A stretch of DNA of 62,016 nt, the filler included. It is 4 parts of 4 records of this genome, joined end to end, with 100 filler letters (N's around TTAATTAATTAA, not from the genome) between each part and the next. Parts side by side here need not be neighbours in the genome. Positions count along the whole stretch, not along the records: positions 33,163 to 62,016 come from SRR31147125_20548; 3 more parts are not named here. One strand, written 5' to 3'. The position numbers and the translations under genes were made by a program. Below the pieces are notes generated by a model. It made no database searches, was not told the origin of the DNA, and worked only from the letters and a program-made list of their open reading frames with translations. Below are positions 59,921 to 62,016 of the stretch, one piece after another. Position 1 is the first letter of the stretch, and every line of letters starts with the position of its first letter.

Positions 59921-60415
59921 ATGCGACTTGACTTACGAGAAATTATTAACATTCCGGGCCAGTCGGTATCGTTTGATTTCGAGCCCGACCTGTCCGACGC
60001 GGTGTCCGACTGCGTCAGAGGAATAAGCAAGGCGAGAGCCGCCGGGCGTATTAAAAACAGCGCCGGCGTTTTAGTTTTAAGCGCCGATATCGACGCGGTG
60101 ATGGACTGTACGTGCGCCCGATGCCTTAAAGATTTTGAGCGCCCGATTCACATGCACGTCGAAAACACCCTGTCCGACCGGGAGGAAGACGAGGAAAACC
60201 CGGACATCTATATCTTTGAGGGCGACGTTGTCGACGTCGGAGACGTAATCGCTTCGGACTTTATTTTAAGCATGGACGACAGGCTTTTTTGCAAAGAAGA
60301 TTGCAAGGGCCTTTGCCATAAATGCGGCGCCGACCTCAACGACGGCCCGTGTAATTGTAAGAAAGAGATTGATCCCAGGCTTGCTGCCCTCCAGCAGCTC
60401 CTGGAAGATGAATAA
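59921..60415 (+). CDS. yceD: YceD/DUF177 ribosome-accumulation protein
   Basis: [30 protein letters not shown]; directly upstream of rpmF. Confidence 0.9.
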   Translation: MRLDLREIINIPGQSVSFDFEPDLSDAVSDCVRGISKARAAGRIKNSAGVLVLSADIDAVMDCTCARCLKDFERPIHMHVENTLSDREEDEENPDIYIFEGDVVDVGDVIASDFILSMDDRLFCKEDCKGLCHKCGADLNDGPCNCKKEIDPRLAALQQLLEDE

Positions 60416-60429
60416 CAGGAGGTGTCACG

Positions 60430-60612
60430 ATGGCGGTACCTAAGAGAAAAACCTCGAAAGCGAGAAGAGACAAGCGGCGGTCTTCCCACTGGAAGCTCGA
60501 CATGCCCAATGTTGTCCAATGTTCAAAATGCGGCGAAATGCGCCTGCCGCACCGGGCCTGCAAGGCTTGCGGTACGTACAATGGGCGTGAAGTGCTGAAA
60601 ATCGACGCATAG
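60430..60612 (+). CDS. rpmF: 50S ribosomal protein L32
   Basis: [31 protein letters not shown]. Confidence 0.97.
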   Translation: MAVPKRKTSKARRDKRRSSHWKLDMPNVVQCSKCGEMRLPHRACKACGTYNGREVLKIDA

Positions 60613-60632
60613 GATCGCAATAATGTCAGGCG

Positions 60633-60658
60633 GCGGGGTGTTAGCCCCGCCGAATTTC
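60633..60658 (+). terminator. Probable rpmF terminator hairpin
   Basis: GGCGGGG-TGTTAG-CCCCGCC. Confidence 0.55.
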
Positions 60659-60772
60659 ATATGGATATAGGCCGCGCCTGTGTCTAAATAAGTAAAAACT
60701 GAAACATAATTAATATCAGGCGGACCGCTGTAAGCGCGGCGGTTCGTGCCCTAAGGCGGTGAACCAGCAAAT

Positions 60773-62016
60773 ATGAGCGCGCGCATTATACAGATAGATC
60801 CCGAAAGTCCGGCAGCCGGCCGGAGCATCAAAACCGGCGACCGGCTCGTGCGGATCAATGGGCATAAAATTAAAGATGTGCTGGACTACAAATTTCATGC
60901 CTACGAGCCGAGATTGCTTTTAGAGCTGCACAGCGAAGAGGGGACCATCAAGCTGGTTCGTGTGAAAAAGGCGGCAGGCGCCGACCTAGGGCTGACGTTT
61001 GACGATTATTTGATGGACCGTCCGCGCGCCTGCGCCAATAAGTGCGTCTTCTGTTTTGTTGATCAGCTGCCGCGCGGCATGCGAAAAACGCTCTATTTTA
61101 AGGACGACGACGTCCGCCTGAGCTTTTTGCAGGGCAATTACGTCACGCTTACAAATTTGAGCGACAGCGAGATTGACCGGATTATCCGGCTGCGCGTCAG
61201 CCCCTTGAACCTGTCCGTGCATACGACAGACCCGGCGCTGCGCCGCTTGATGTTTGGCGGCAGGGGAAGCGGCCGGGCGCTGGATGCGCTGTACCGGTTT
61301 GTCAAGGCAGGCATAAAGCTCAACTGCCAGATTGTCTGCTGTCCCGGCCTCAATGACGGCGCGGAGCTGGAGCGCACTATGGAAGACCTTAAGGCGCTGT
61401 ATCCGGCGGTGATGAGCGTGTCCGTCGTACCTGTTGGACTGACCAAACACCGAGAGGGGCTGTATCCGCTCACGCCATTTGACAGGGAGTCTGCACTGAA
61501 AACCGTCCGGCAGGTGGAATGGTTCGGCGATAAATGCCGTTTGAAGCTGGGCTCGCGTCTTTTTTATCCGGCGGATGAGCTGTACTTAAAGGCCGGCTTG
61601 TCTATCCCGCCCGACGCGTTTTACGAGGATTACCCCCAGCTTGAAAACGGCGTTGGTATGCTTCGGCTTTTAATAACGGAGGCAGACGCGGCGCTGGCCG
61701 AGTCGGAAAATGCCCTGCTTACACCGTTTTCCATCGCAACGGGAACGGCGGCGGCCCAATGTTTACAAAAAATTTTAAATTCCGCAAAAGAAAAATATGT
61801 TAATATTGAAGGTAAGCTGTTTGCCGTGCGAAACGAATTTTTCGGGGAGACAGTTGATGTGGCGGGGCTATTAACCGGGGGAGACCTCATCCGTCAGCTC
61901 AATGGGGAACCTCTTGGCGAGCGTCTTCTGATTACGAAAAACATGCTCCGGCATGGAGAAAACGTCTTTTTGGACGACGTGACGCTGGACGAGCTCTCCC
62001 GGGAACTGGGCGTCCA
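60773..62016 (+). CDS. PDZ + radical-SAM-like Fe-S oxidoreductase (DUF512), 3'-truncated, missing from the ORF track
   Basis: MSARIIQIDPESPAA..GDRLVRING..CANKCVFCFVDQLPRGMRKTLYFKDDDVRLSFLQGNYVTLTN; runs off the window. Confidence 0.9.
   Translation, partial: MSARIIQIDPESPAAGRSIKTGDRLVRINGHKIKDVLDYKFHAYEPRLLLELHSEEGTIKLVRVKKAAGADLGLTFDDYLMDRPRACANKCVFCFVDQLPRGMRKTLYFKDDDVRLSFLQGNYVTLTNLSDSEIDRIIRLRVSPLNLSVHTTDPALRRLMFGGRGSGRALDALYRFVKAGIKLNCQIVCCPGLNDGAELERTMEDLKALYPAVMSVSVVPVGLTKHREGLYPLTPFDRESALKTVRQVEWFGDKCRLKLGSRLFYPADELYLKAGLSIPPDAFYEDYPQLENGVGMLRLLITEADAALAESENALLTPFSIATGTAAAQCLQKILNSAKEKYVNIEGKLFAVRNEFFGETVDVAGLLTGGDLIRQLNGEPLGERLLITKNMLRHGENVFLDDVTLDELSRELGV

Noticed and set aside
1-62016. 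CRISPR array, tRNA, rRNA, integrase or transposase
   Set aside because: No repeat-spacer periodicity or recognisable motifs seen by eye

Overview
The window is not one locus. It is four unrelated contigs joined by three artificial 100-bp linkers (N44-TTAATTAATTAA-N44 at 7747-7846, 19198-19297 and 33063-33162), so no gene neighbourhood crosses those points. Contig 1 (1-7746, AT-rich, Bacteroidota-like) has a DUF362 fragment, an EEP phosphoesterase, two paralogous secreted double jelly-roll proteins and a small secreted protein behind phased OmpR/PhoB-type boxes, a GNAT, an OmpR regulator, a frameshifted sensor kinase and a partial serine hydrolase. Contig 2 (7847-19197, FCB-group-like, e.g. 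KSB1/Calditrichota, by inference) has the end of a TonB receptor, a BtuG-like propeller fusion, frameshifted purS-purL, purQ, a UVR-motif protein, a PfpI-rubrerythrin fusion, an outer-membrane protein and comF. Contig 3 (19298-33062, low-GC Clostridia-like) has ugd, a cupin, glgB-P-C-D-A, a Crp/Fnr regulator divergent from an ECF S component, and rmlACB. Contig 4 (33163-62016, GC-richer, Oscillospiraceae-like) is mostly housekeeping (nth, glyA, rarA, pepP, efp, yebC, potABCD, rluA-family, marR-MATE, yceD-rpmF, DUF512). It also holds the strongest oddities: an unannotated 44-aa Q/N-rich microprotein behind a sigma-G-like promoter, a motif-degenerate P1B-type ATPase, a stand-alone DA1-like zinc peptidase module and GTAG-type REP doublets. 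No CRISPR array, rRNA, tRNA or transposase was seen. All family calls come from motif recognition by eye; no searches were run.
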